Source of the DNA: a virus
Reading direction: 5' to 3' (one strand)
IMG/VR virus record: IMGVR_UViG_3300037258_000282
Span: 88,590 to 152,589 of that record
DNA: 64,000 nucleotides
The translations under genes were made by a program, and so were the position numbers. The notes beneath the pieces were generated by a model. That model was not told where the DNA came from. It made no database searches and saw only the letters and a program-made list of their open reading frames with translations. Positions within the stretch are counted from its first letter, which is position 1; every line of letters begins with the position of its first letter. This document shows, in pieces, positions 9,171-18,157 of this stretch.

Positions 9171-9713
9171 CTATTCCCCGAACAGTGGTGTTAGGGCTTT
9201 GTCTGCTCTGGTGGTGAACGTCTCGCGATCGGCTATACCGTTAGTACCGCCGTTGATCCTCCTCGTGATAGTCTCGAGATCGTCTGCGTCGGCGTACTTC
9301 GAGAGGTCTCTAGACTTCCAGTACTCGCAGGCCGTTCGAACGGCGATCTCTGGAGTCGCGGCCAGGTCTGGGTTGGACACTAAGTCCACTCCTAGAGTGT
9401 GTGTCATCGCCATGTAGTTCAATCTTCCGGTAAGTTGGAAGATTCCACGACCCTTGAAGCGCGGCCCATCTCCAGCCTCGACGTTTCCGAGATCCTTCCT
9501 TCCCTCATACTCTCTGCCAGACGCGTACTCTACTAAAGTCCTAAATCCAGCGGTCTCTTCGGCAGACTGCCCGAGAAAGTGGTCCAGCCTGAGTAGAGTG
9601 TCGATTCCATACTCAGGTAGGTATCTGTTGAGGTGTGGGGTAAGATCTACGATGAGCTCTCGTGAGGCCTGCGGGGCGATCTCAAGTAGTATCTCAGAAG
9701 TAAGTTGTATCAT
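9171..9713 (-). CDS. GH19 (chitinase-like) endolysin
   Basis: HFLGQSAEET, YEGRKDLGN, DGPRFKGRGIFQLTGRLNY, ITRRINGGTNG. Confidence 0.92.
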   Translation of the reverse strand: MIQLTSEILLEIAPQASRELIVDLTPHLNRYLPEYGIDTLLRLDHFLGQSAEETAGFRTLVEYASGREYEGRKDLGNVEAGDGPRFKGRGIFQLTGRLNYMAMTHTLGVDLVSNPDLAATPEIAVRTACEYWKSRDLSKYADADDLETITRRINGGTNGIADRETFTTRADKALTPLFGE

Positions 9714-9725
9714 ACATAAGCTCCA

Positions 9726-10244
9726 TTATGCCCAATAGATGCTGGACCCATTGCTGTGAAGGGTAGTTCCATTCGCTCCGAAGCTTCCGTTGGCCACGAT
9801 CCCACCTGAGATTAGGATGCTTCCATTAGTATAGACCTCGAAAGTCGTGTTCGAGCTGGTATTTTGAACTTGAATCGCTACGTTTGCTCCAGAGACCACC
9901 AGCAGCGTTCCCTGCTCCGACATTCTTCCCACGAGACCGGAAGCGTTGGCCCAGTGCACGATGTCTCCATTATTTGAAGTTATCGTAAGGCCCTGTCCAT
10001 TGAGAGAGATGATCTCGCACGCCAGCCCAAAATTAGTTTGAAAATATCCGGCCTGCCCTGAGTTACTGAACCCCTCCACTCCAGTTCCAGATACCGAGAC
10101 GCCGATAGCTCCAGCACTGGTATTCGAGTACCCAGACGTACCGATGCCGTCAGTAGACACGCCGACGATCGCGGCGTTCGCCTGCGACTGCGCCTCTAGC
10201 GCGTTGTTGAATAGGTTCTTCACTTGAAAAGTTAGGGTAGTCAT
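9726..10244 (-). CDS. Virion/fibre-associated beta-rich protein
   Basis: G/S/N-rich. The C-terminus IVANGSFGANGTTLHSNGSSIYWA resembles a motif in the gp9/10-like proteins of this window. Confidence 0.6.
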   Translation of the reverse strand: MTTLTFQVKNLFNNALEAQSQANAAIVGVSTDGIGTSGYSNTSAGAIGVSVSGTGVEGFSNSGQAGYFQTNFGLACEIISLNGQGLTITSNNGDIVHWANASGLVGRMSEQGTLLVVSGANVAIQVQNTSSNTTFEVYTNGSILISGGIVANGSFGANGTTLHSNGSSIYWA

Positions 10245-10269
10245 TAGACCTCTTTCGCGTACTTTTAGA

Positions 10270-10277
10270 TATTTATA
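10270..10277 (-). promoter_or_regulatory. T4-type late promoter TATAAATA
   Basis: Exact TATAAATA overlapping the tailspike stop codon, upstream of the 10244 gene and the endolysin. Confidence 0.7.
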
Positions 10278-12225
10278 GGTTGCTGGCGATCACTTTGCCA
10301 GTTCCAGTACCAAGATCGTTCACAGTATTGGCCCTCAGCCCATAACCCCTGTTTCCAACGATGACGTAGTTGTTGGACCCTCCAGAGGTTACGGTGATGC
10401 CAAATGAGTTGTTCCCGGTTACGGTAGGATACGCCGCTCCTAAGACGTTGTTGATAATAGAGAAGTTGTTTATGGCCGCCGCCACGTTGATGCACGGGTA
10501 CGTATTGGCCGATCGAGTGCCATTTTGAACTATGATGTTGTCCGATATCAGATAGTCGATTCCACCCTGAAGATTTATAGCTGACATGGAGTTGTTCTGA
10601 ATCAGGTTGCCGACGATGCGGTTTGGTCCTATGACTGCAGTAGACTTCATGATTATTCCACTAGAAAAGATGGCTCCCTGTATGGTACAATCAGAGATCA
10701 TGACGTCAGTGCACGTGGCAAAAGACAGCGGTGTAGAGATAGGATTTGAGAACGTAGACTTGTTGATGTATATACCAGAGGCCGCGGCCGCGTTGGTGGT
10801 GGCCGTATCTACCACGCTTATTGAAGATAATAGATTATTTACTATGGTAGAATCTATTATGGTATTGTACGTATAGTTGTCGATTAGGATTCCAATGGCT
10901 GACGTCGACATGATAGGTCGATACGACATGGTATTGGAAGTCTGCGTGTTGGTCTGCCAGCCTAATGCAGTCGGTGCGGTGGGAAGTCCAACTCCTGAAG
11001 TTCCAGCGACCGTGACCTGAAAGTACCAGCTAGATGAGCTAAACACGTCTCCCAAACTGTATGCCGTAGAGTTCGCGTATGCGGCCTTATAGTTGAGCGT
11101 AGTTGGAGTATTTGCCGCATATGAATATGGATTGTCTATGAGACAGTTTCGTATCTTACTATTATACACTCCTACCGTCGAGTTTCCCTGAAGCTCGATG
11201 CCGTAAAATCCAGTAGCATTTAATACCGTTATATTATCCACGATAGTGTTGTTACACATTCTGAGAAATACCCCAGAAAAACCTCCATTAATATATAGAT
11301 CTCTAAGCACGCAGTTATTCGCGCCGAATAGTTGGATCTCATAGCCGGAGGTCTTGAATACGCTTGGAACGAAGGCCATTTCAGTTAGCATGCACTGCGA
11401 TCCATCTATCTGAAACGTTACTCCCGTAGTGGCCGCCGTCTGAATTACTGTCGTATTAAGTCCAGAACCAAGCAGACATATGTTGTTAGAAGTTATGGCG
11501 GACGGGTTGTTTATTGGATATACTCCCGGAGGAAAGAATATGATCGCTCCGTTAGTGAGTGAGTTTACGGCCGTCACTATATTGTTGAAGTTAGTCGTGT
11601 TGATGGCGGCATTGTTCTGCGGGGTGACGTTATAGTCAGTGATGACGTTTATCCACGGAATGATATCGACACCATTGATCGAGTACGTCGTAGCGTTTAT
11701 CGACGTATTTACCGTCGAGTTTCCTATCGAAGAAGATGCTGGAGTTAGATTAAAAGTAGACGTAGAGTTCGCTACTGTTATAGCGACAGACGTTAAGACC
11801 ACATTTGCGGTCGTATTGCTGATAGAGATTGAGTTTATTCCGATGACTGCTTTAGTCGTCGAATTGCTGATGCTGAGAGTCATCGGAGTCGTGGTTACTG
11901 TAGACGTAGAGTTAGCTATACTCTCTGACGACGAGTTTCTAGAAGAGTTAGCGATCGTATTTCCGATGAATAGGACAGAAGTGTTGACGGTGACGTTGGC
12001 TCCAACTGTCATACCGCCGTTCACGTTGAGATTGACTAAGTTTGATCCGATCTCAAAGTACGCCGATCCATTGGACGAAAACATCTTGAAGTCTATTAGG
12101 TTGAGCGCTAGTTCGCCGGTAGATATATACGAAGAGTTTGCGTTATACGACCCGGCGGTAGTATTGGGAGTTTTTCCCGTAGTTGAGGTACGCTTTATAT
12201 AAAGCGGCAGTGGATCTGTTGCCAA
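10273..12225 (-). CDS. Tailspike / fibre with pectate-lyase-like parallel beta-helix (putative depolymerase)
   Basis: N-terminal IKRT...GELALN fibre module; INVITDYNV...IIFFPPGVY...LLGSG beta-helix entry, followed by PbH1-like repeats. TTG start. Confidence 0.75.
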   Translation of the reverse strand: MATDPLPLYIKRTSTTGKTPNTTAGSYNANSSYISTGELALNLIDFKMFSSNGSAYFEIGSNLVNLNVNGGMTVGANVTVNTSVLFIGNTIANSSRNSSSESIANSTSTVTTTPMTLSISNSTTKAVIGINSISISNTTANVVLTSVAITVANSTSTFNLTPASSSIGNSTVNTSINATTYSINGVDIIPWINVITDYNVTPQNNAAINTTNFNNIVTAVNSLTNGAIIFFPPGVYPINNPSAITSNNICLLGSGLNTTVIQTAATTGVTFQIDGSQCMLTEMAFVPSVFKTSGYEIQLFGANNCVLRDLYINGGFSGVFLRMCNNTIVDNITVLNATGFYGIELQGNSTVGVYNSKIRNCLIDNPYSYAANTPTTLNYKAAYANSTAYSLGDVFSSSSWYFQVTVAGTSGVGLPTAPTALGWQTNTQTSNTMSYRPIMSTSAIGILIDNYTYNTIIDSTIVNNLLSSISVVDTATTNAAAASGIYINKSTFSNPISTPLSFATCTDVMISDCTIQGAIFSSGIIMKSTAVIGPNRIVGNLIQNNSMSAINLQGGIDYLISDNIIVQNGTRSANTYPCINVAAAINNFSIINNVLGAAYPTVTGNNSFGITVTSGGSNNYVIVGNRGYGLRANTVNDLGTGTGKVIASNL

Positions 12226-12268
12226 TGTTGGCTCCTATTCATGCGAGTATATACTCGCGTTTCTACTA

Positions 12269-12481
12269 TCAGAACGAAGAGTCGTCCTTCTTCGTCTTCT
12301 TCTTGACGTCTTCTAACCGCTTCTCTAGAGCGATCTTCTCATCACTTAAGACTCTAACGGCATTCTCAGCTATAGTCAGACGAGTCGTAAACATGAGTTC
12401 GTTTCTCATCAGTTCGGCGATCTTATCATTCATCACCTGTATATAGGTGTTGATGAACACCTCGTTCATCGGCTGGTCCAT
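12269..12481 (-). CDS. Small coiled-coil hypothetical protein
   Basis: Heptad-like 70-aa ORF with an SD, located between fibre genes. Confidence 0.7.
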   Translation of the reverse strand: MDQPMNEVFINTYIQVMNDKIAELMRNELMFTTRLTIAENAVRVLSDEKIALEKRLEDVKKKTKKDDSSF

Positions 12482-12504
12482 TTCAAACTTCCTTTCATTG
12501 AATA

Positions 12505-13848
12505 TTAGAAGCTACCACCGTCTAGCGTTCCATAGGCCGGCAGGTTGTTGGTGATCTGTAGAACATACCCATTAGATCCAACTCCAAGTCTAGATAGGGC
12601 CGATGGGGCCGCAGTAGCGGCATAGAGGATGTCTCCTGCGGCATACGATCCTCCGGCCACACCAGTACCTCCGTAGGTCGCCAGAAGGGCAGTCGTCAGA
12701 GTGAGTGAGTTGGCCACGATCGTTGACGAGACGGTCGAGTTCGCCGTGATGTTGACTACGGTAGAGTTGACGACTAAGCCACCGATAGTCAGGGCGGCGA
12801 GAGTCAGAGCTCCAGTCGTCAGAGTGTTTGCCGTGATGCTGACTGGAAGCGTCGAGTTCGCCGTTACGGTAACTCCTGTGGAGTTAACTACGAATGCTCC
12901 GCCAGCTCCATATGGAACTAGGTAAGACTGGAGAAAGCCAACCGCGGCATTAGCTGACGCGATGTCGAATGTCGAGTGAGTATTTGGGCTCGTGTTTGAC
13001 ACTCCGAGCCAGAAGAATGGGGCCACGTTGGTGGACTTAGACGCTATCCTACCGAAGATGTTGTAGTATGGCGTCGATGGGCCGGATGAGTTCGCGGGAG
13101 ACCACCATCCAGTATCTATGGTATCCGACGTGAGAGCCGAGAGGTTAGAGCCAAGCTCTATGAAGTTGGCGTTGACTATAAGCTCGGTCGTATTGACGAG
13201 CTCTACAGTTCCGGCGACCGTTAGGTTTCCAGATAGGGTCATATTCACGCCCTGGATGGTCGCTCCCGATACCGCCAGGTTCGATGAGATGACGGTATTA
13301 GTGCCAGCTAGGGTATTATTTCCAGTTAGAGTCTGACTCGCTACAGTCGTGACTACGTTCGACGCCGGAACCGATCCGATGTAGTTGGCGGAGTTAGCCA
13401 CGATGTTAGGCTGAGAGGCAGTCTGGAGCGTTCCATAGATGTTTGTAGTCGAGATCGACGCCGCGTTTAGTGTAGTCGTACCACCGGTGTTGGCCAGTAT
13501 AAGTTGAACTAGAACGTTCGCGGTAGAGTTACCAACCAGCATTCCCATCGGGTTGGTGTTTCCCGTGATGACGTGGTAGGTCGTGTTGCTTGTCTGAGTA
13601 GTAGACGAGTCATTGACCGTCAGGATCGCTATTCCAGATATTCCAAATGTCGAGTTGACTACGAGTGCCTGGTTAGCGGTCGCGGTTCCCGGAGTCCTCT
13701 GTCCGGCGATGGGAACTATGGTCGCTCCATCGGTAGAACCTATATAGAGAACCTCTACAACGTTAGAATAAGCTAGCTCTCCAGGATTGAGCGACGCTGG
13801 AATAGAGTTTCCCGCCGAGCGCTTGATCTGAATTAAGTTGTTAGCCAT
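12505..13848 (-). CDS. Tail fibre / virion appendage protein
   Basis: MANNLIQIKRS...LNPGELAYS, LSGNLTVAGT, GGTG...GDILYA; C-terminal LDGGSF. Confidence 0.75.
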   Translation of the reverse strand: MANNLIQIKRSAGNSIPASLNPGELAYSNVVEVLYIGSTDGATIVPIAGQRTPGTATANQALVVNSTFGISGIAILTVNDSSTTQTSNTTYHVITGNTNPMGMLVGNSTANVLVQLILANTGGTTTLNAASISTTNIYGTLQTASQPNIVANSANYIGSVPASNVVTTVASQTLTGNNTLAGTNTVISSNLAVSGATIQGVNMTLSGNLTVAGTVELVNTTELIVNANFIELGSNLSALTSDTIDTGWWSPANSSGPSTPYYNIFGRIASKSTNVAPFFWLGVSNTSPNTHSTFDIASANAAVGFLQSYLVPYGAGGAFVVNSTGVTVTANSTLPVSITANTLTTGALTLAALTIGGLVVNSTVVNITANSTVSSTIVANSLTLTTALLATYGGTGVAGGSYAAGDILYAATAAPSALSRLGVGSNGYVLQITNNLPAYGTLDGGSF

Positions 13849-13876
13849 TAGATGTCCTCTGTCGTGGTGTCGATGT

Positions 13877-13884
13877 TATTTATT
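13877..13884 (-). promoter_or_regulatory. Late promoter variant AATAAATA
   Basis: Intergenic, about 30 nt upstream of the 13848 gene. Confidence 0.55.
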
Positions 13885-13941
13885 AGTTACAAGTTTTTTT
13901 TCATCAACTGTTCATTATAAGCGTCGCAGAGTCATTTATGC

Positions 13942-14127
13942 TTAAAAAAATCCACCATCAACTGAGAATAGCGTATTGATGAATCCATCCGAGCCGCCTT
14001 GAACTATGACCGAGGGATAGCTTTTCACCGTGATGGTCTGAGTGTTAGCTTTCTGAACGCGAACTTGCTGAGCGGGCGGCTGCCTCACCACTATCTTTAC
14101 GTCTCCAGTGAGCCCTCCGCCGCTCAT
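13942..14127 (-). CDS. Small hypothetical virion protein
   Basis: In operon; ends in VDGGFF, like the neighbouring fibre. Confidence 0.65.
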   Translation of the reverse strand: MSGGGLTGDVKIVVRQPPAQQVRVQKANTQTITVKSYPSVIVQGGSDGFINTLFSVDGGFF

Positions 14128-14130
14128 AGC

Positions 14131-14523
14131 TTAATCCGATATTTGACTAGTATTATTTGAGTATATCTGCGAGAATGTATAGGTGTTTGGGTATGAAGCT
14201 CCAGTAACGGCTGGAGTGACCTCCACGTAGCCGTCGACGACTCTAGTCACCTGATTTGCCGTAGCTATCTGTACGTCGTATACGTACTTTCCAGGAAATA
14301 TAGAGTTAGTCACCGCGGCATTCATAGTGAGAACTATGCCTCCGGAGATGTTGTTTATAGTGGCTTGAAATGGAATAATATTAGTCGACGTGTACCATCT
14401 CTGCATGACGGCATTGACCGTATATCCCATGAGATTGATTATATCGCCGATGTTGTCAGTGACGATAATGTCAGTCGAGAAGCTAGCTCCCTGATCTATC
14501 ACTAGGTCGTATCTTATCGCCAT
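14131..14523 (-). CDS. Virion structural protein (beta-sandwich fibre adaptor-like)
   Basis: LVIDQGASF...INLMGYT...GKYVYDV...TRVVDGYVEVTPAVT, a pattern common in T4-like phages. Confidence 0.7.
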   Translation of the reverse strand: MAIRYDLVIDQGASFSTDIIVTDNIGDIINLMGYTVNAVMQRWYTSTNIIPFQATINNISGGIVLTMNAAVTNSIFPGKYVYDVQIATANQVTRVVDGYVEVTPAVTGASYPNTYTFSQIYSNNTSQISD

Positions 14524-15128
14524 TACGCGCCGGTCCTCACGAAGTTGACTACGACGGAGTTAGATACCGGCGTAAACTGCAGCTGCAGGGTCGTCGCGTT
14601 AGCGGTAGCTGAGAACTCGCCCATATAGCTGTTCGTATACATCTGAGCCCATTCGGACATATACGCATTTTGCCCATCGTTTGTCGTGAGGACCTTAGAG
14701 GCGTAATAGTTGTTGGCGAGCTCGTCCTTTATCGCGACCATATATTCAGCCGCGTGAAGTCCGGAGAGTGAGTAGCTGTCGACAGTTTGAGTCGTAGTGC
14801 CCGATAGAGTCACTGAAGAGGTGTATAGAACCGTAGATACTACTTGAACCCAAGATCCATTGGCGTTCAAAAAATACTGACCGTTGGACACCTGTGAGGT
14901 CGACGGCACGGAGACAGTGACGTTAGAAGTTGAGTTAGCGACTTCTAGAGTGCCGTTGGTATAGAGTCCACCGGCCGAAAAGGTTCCAACTAGCGCCGCA
15001 TTGCCTGGAGTCGCCGCGGTGTTGGCGGTCATGACTATAGTAGACATGGCGTTGGCTATGGCGTCTGTCTGCGTCAGCCAGAACTCAAACGTGTTGGTCA
15101 GTGCGGTATTTGCTATCGATATTGTCAT
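14523..15128 (-). CDS. Virion structural protein
   Basis: NTFEFWLTQT N-terminus; VDSYS...AAEYMV...SKVL C-terminal domain typical of T4-like structural proteins. Confidence 0.65.
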   Translation of the reverse strand: MTISIANTALTNTFEFWLTQTDAIANAMSTIVMTANTAATPGNAALVGTFSAGGLYTNGTLEVANSTSNVTVSVPSTSQVSNGQYFLNANGSWVQVVSTVLYTSSVTLSGTTTQTVDSYSLSGLHAAEYMVAIKDELANNYYASKVLTTNDGQNAYMSEWAQMYTNSYMGEFSATANATTLQLQFTPVSNSVVVNFVRTGA

Positions 15129-15340
15129 GCGCCTAACTTTTCCAGTATTAACTTTAGTGTCGTCTTGATCTCCGCGACATCTCCCTCTAGAACCCTTAGT
15201 TTATCTACGGCTCTATTCACCTTATTGGTGTGGGCTTTCTTCATCTTATACTCACGAAGTTTCTCTAAGTCTACACTTAAGATTGCTCCAGTGTGGATGT
15301 CCATGGACAGTCCCGGTCGATCAGTAGGCACTAACTTCAT
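15125..15340 (-). CDS. Conserved small hypothetical protein
   Basis: GLSMDIHTGAIL plus a coiled coil ending EIKTTLKLILEK. Confidence 0.7.
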   Translation of the reverse strand: MKLVPTDRPGLSMDIHTGAILSVDLEKLREYKMKKAHTNKVNRAVDKLRVLEGDVAEIKTTLKLILEKLGA

Positions 15341-15344
15341 GAGA

Positions 15345-15352
15345 TATTTATC
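15345..15352 (-). promoter_or_regulatory. Late promoter variant GATAAATA
   Basis: Intergenic, 4 nt before the ATG at 15340 (possibly leaderless). Confidence 0.55.
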
Positions 15353-15357
15353 GGGTA

Positions 15358-18108
15358 TTATAGTTGAAGTGCGAGAGCTCTAACGTCTTTAAGTATCGGC
15401 ACCTGAGCCGAAGAGTCAGCCTGAAGAACTACCTTGATCTTAAACTGTATGTAACTTTGATACAGGCTTCCCGTACTTCCCAGATATGTCAAGCCGTCGT
15501 CAGTCTGAACGTAGGCAGAGGCTCCAGCATTCGACGTCTGCCACGGAGTTCCTACCGTCAGTAACTCATCGTCTGTGACAGACACTACTGCCTGCTCATC
15601 TCCGTCGATCTGAATGATGGTTCCCGGCTGAAAGTTCAAAGTGAAGTCAGTGCTAGAGCCGACGATCTGGTTGTTGGTCGTCGAGGTAGTTACCGTTCCG
15701 TTGACTAAAGTATTGGATCCAGTTGAGAGCCAAGCTGTAGTCGGCGGCAGCACCAGATAGTAGGTACTGTTGGTGTAGTTTCCATTGAACGGCTCATTTA
15801 GAGTCAGAACTGAGTTGCTCGATATAGAAGTGATCTGCCGAGCGGACTCAGTGAACGTCGAGTTTCCCAGCATGTTGATGAACCAACCAACTGCCAGTTC
15901 GTTCTCAAATCTCGTTCCATTTCCAGAGACGTTGACTGAGTTGTTCGGCGAGGTTATCGTTCCAGTAGTAGCTATCGAAGAGTAGTTATGCGCAGTTGAG
16001 AAAGTATAGTCATTGAACGACGATGGATTAGCCGGATTAGAGTAGAAATCTGGAGTCTGATTTATCAGCGGGGTCCAAGTCTTAGCAGAGATTGGATCTG
16101 GATCATATGAATTCTTAAACTTCACGTATACCAGGACGTCAGTTCCAGGAGGCCTATACGCAGTCAGCAGTATCTGAATGTCCTGTGAGTCTTGCCCCGT
16201 CGCGAGAGTCACTGGAACGGATACGTACTTAGACTTCTCATTTCCAGTGCTGAAGAACTCATTATAGTCAAAGCCAAGCGGGTCGACTAGATTTTCAATA
16301 ACGAGCTGCTTGTTCTTTACCATGTCTATCACGGGAGATAAGAACTGACTGTCTGTAGTCATCCTAGCGTGAATAGTCATAGACTTCGCACCGGCCATAA
16401 ACTGCTTCTCGTTAGAATATCCCGCGACTATCCTCTCCTTATCGTAGAGATTGGTCTCATATCCAACGCTTATCGGCTGAAAGCCCGTGTCGAGCTCGTA
16501 GGTATTACTCGTGCCGGAATATTCAAACGTGACGCTAGTTCCCGCTGGAGCTATCGTCGCGAAGTTTCCAACGATCGAGTCTACTACTGGATTGAGAAGA
16601 CCAGATACCTGCGCCGTCGCCACTAGAGTAGACGTGTTGGGTGAGGAGGCTAGAGATGAATTCGCGAACCTATGAAATTGAATAAAGGAAGTGCCAAAGA
16701 AAGTTCCAGAGCTCGATCCCATGTGAAGCTCTTCGTTGTTTGGGTCGATATAGAATACTACTGCGTTAGCCGCAGAGTCTATCGTGCTGACGGTAGAGTT
16801 TCCCGCGGCAAATACTATATCTCCGGGAAGAACTTGAGACGCCGTGTTGGGATAGCTGACGTTGTATATCGACAGGTAGTCTGTGTTGGCGTTGTTGAAG
16901 TACGCGTCGCCTCCAGTAGACGTGAAGTTCGAGACAAACAGCTTGAACTTCACGTACTCAGTCTGAAGTGCGGTCCACGCCGTCGCGGTCGCCCCATAGA
17001 AGGCCGTACCTCCGACTCCAGGCTGAGAGAACATCTGAAGCCCGGTGGATACGTCGACGTCGCCTATGTTGGCGGTCCACACCTGATAATCTGGATCGTC
17101 TGAATCTGGAGCGATGACGAGAGCGTATTGCTGCCCGTTCTGCATGAATACTGGGGACTCGAAGAAGAAGCTCGTGCCAACAGTTCCAGTATTAGAAACG
17201 CTGACGTTGGCCATAGGCATGTGAACTTGAGAGAATGGAAGTATCGAATTCGTGTCTGGATATCCGTTAGTCACGTCGCAGAGGTAGACGCTAACGCCGT
17301 TATTGGCCGTAAGTGATGTCTGGTTAAAGTATAGTACTACGTACGTTCCAAATACTCCATCTTCCTGATTCGGCGTGACGATGGTAAACACCTGAGCCAG
17401 TGGATCTGCTCCAGATCCAGGTCCGCATCCTCCCCCGTGCGGCCATCCAGTATAGGACGGCGTATAGGACACTACCTTAGTTGGGCTCGGTGGAGCTACG
17501 GTGACGGTTGAATTCGACGTCGTCACTATCGACGTGACGGTATTAACTACTGGAATAGACGATAGTAGTGGGTTGACCGTGGTTAGAGTTACCGTCTGCT
17601 TCGTTACAGACAGATTCGACGCAGTATACTGAGCGGATGCCATGGAAGTTATGGCCGCCGCACCTAGTACGAGATTGCTGACGTCAGCGGCCTCGAGAGT
17701 GCACACTCCCGTCTTAAAAGTTGCGTCTGGAATATTGAACTGACCGGTCAGAGTGCCATTAGCGTCAGTCGTTAGAGTAGTTCCCCACGTTCCTCCGACT
17801 TGAACTTGAGTATAATCAGAGGTGTCTGTGACGTTTACCGCATACGTGCCGTCTGGATTACGTATTCCGGGAGCGCAGTATTGATCTACGTTGATGTTGT
17901 TGAAGAACACGTGCATCTGAGCGGACGGACGAAGACCGACCGCGACAAACGAGATGATGGTTGCCCGAATGTATGGCTGCAGCGATACGTCCGTGACGTA
18001 GTTTCCTACGGTCACGGTATTGCTCTGTGGACTTACTGAAAGCTGATAGCCGCTCTGAGTAGACGTAGTCGTCGTAGTAGACGTTGTGGTCGAAGTGGTT
18101 GTTGCCAA
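15358..18108 (-). CDS. Large virion structural protein (C-terminal half of DUF4815/VrlC-like family)
   Basis: PYIRATIISF..GLRP, DPLAQVF, FFESPVFMQNGQQYALV, SPVID, SKYVS..VTL, FKIKVVL...VPILKDVRALAL. Confidence 0.75.
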   Translation of the reverse strand: MATTTSTTTSTTTTTSTQSGYQLSVSPQSNTVTVGNYVTDVSLQPYIRATIISFVAVGLRPSAQMHVFFNNINVDQYCAPGIRNPDGTYAVNVTDTSDYTQVQVGGTWGTTLTTDANGTLTGQFNIPDATFKTGVCTLEAADVSNLVLGAAAITSMASAQYTASNLSVTKQTVTLTTVNPLLSSIPVVNTVTSIVTTSNSTVTVAPPSPTKVVSYTPSYTGWPHGGGCGPGSGADPLAQVFTIVTPNQEDGVFGTYVVLYFNQTSLTANNGVSVYLCDVTNGYPDTNSILPFSQVHMPMANVSVSNTGTVGTSFFFESPVFMQNGQQYALVIAPDSDDPDYQVWTANIGDVDVSTGLQMFSQPGVGGTAFYGATATAWTALQTEYVKFKLFVSNFTSTGGDAYFNNANTDYLSIYNVSYPNTASQVLPGDIVFAAGNSTVSTIDSAANAVVFYIDPNNEELHMGSSSGTFFGTSFIQFHRFANSSLASSPNTSTLVATAQVSGLLNPVVDSIVGNFATIAPAGTSVTFEYSGTSNTYELDTGFQPISVGYETNLYDKERIVAGYSNEKQFMAGAKSMTIHARMTTDSQFLSPVIDMVKNKQLVIENLVDPLGFDYNEFFSTGNEKSKYVSVPVTLATGQDSQDIQILLTAYRPPGTDVLVYVKFKNSYDPDPISAKTWTPLINQTPDFYSNPANPSSFNDYTFSTAHNYSSIATTGTITSPNNSVNVSGNGTRFENELAVGWFINMLGNSTFTESARQITSISSNSVLTLNEPFNGNYTNSTYYLVLPPTTAWLSTGSNTLVNGTVTTSTTNNQIVGSSTDFTLNFQPGTIIQIDGDEQAVVSVTDDELLTVGTPWQTSNAGASAYVQTDDGLTYLGSTGSLYQSYIQFKIKVVLQADSSAQVPILKDVRALALQL

Positions 18109-18144
18109 GGCGCTAAGCGTCTCCCGATATGCCGCTGTTAAGCG

Positions 18145-18152
18145 TATTTATG
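18145..18152 (-). promoter_or_regulatory. Late promoter variant CATAAATA
   Basis: Intergenic between the two DUF4815-like halves. Confidence 0.5.
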
Positions 18153-18157
18153 TTGGA

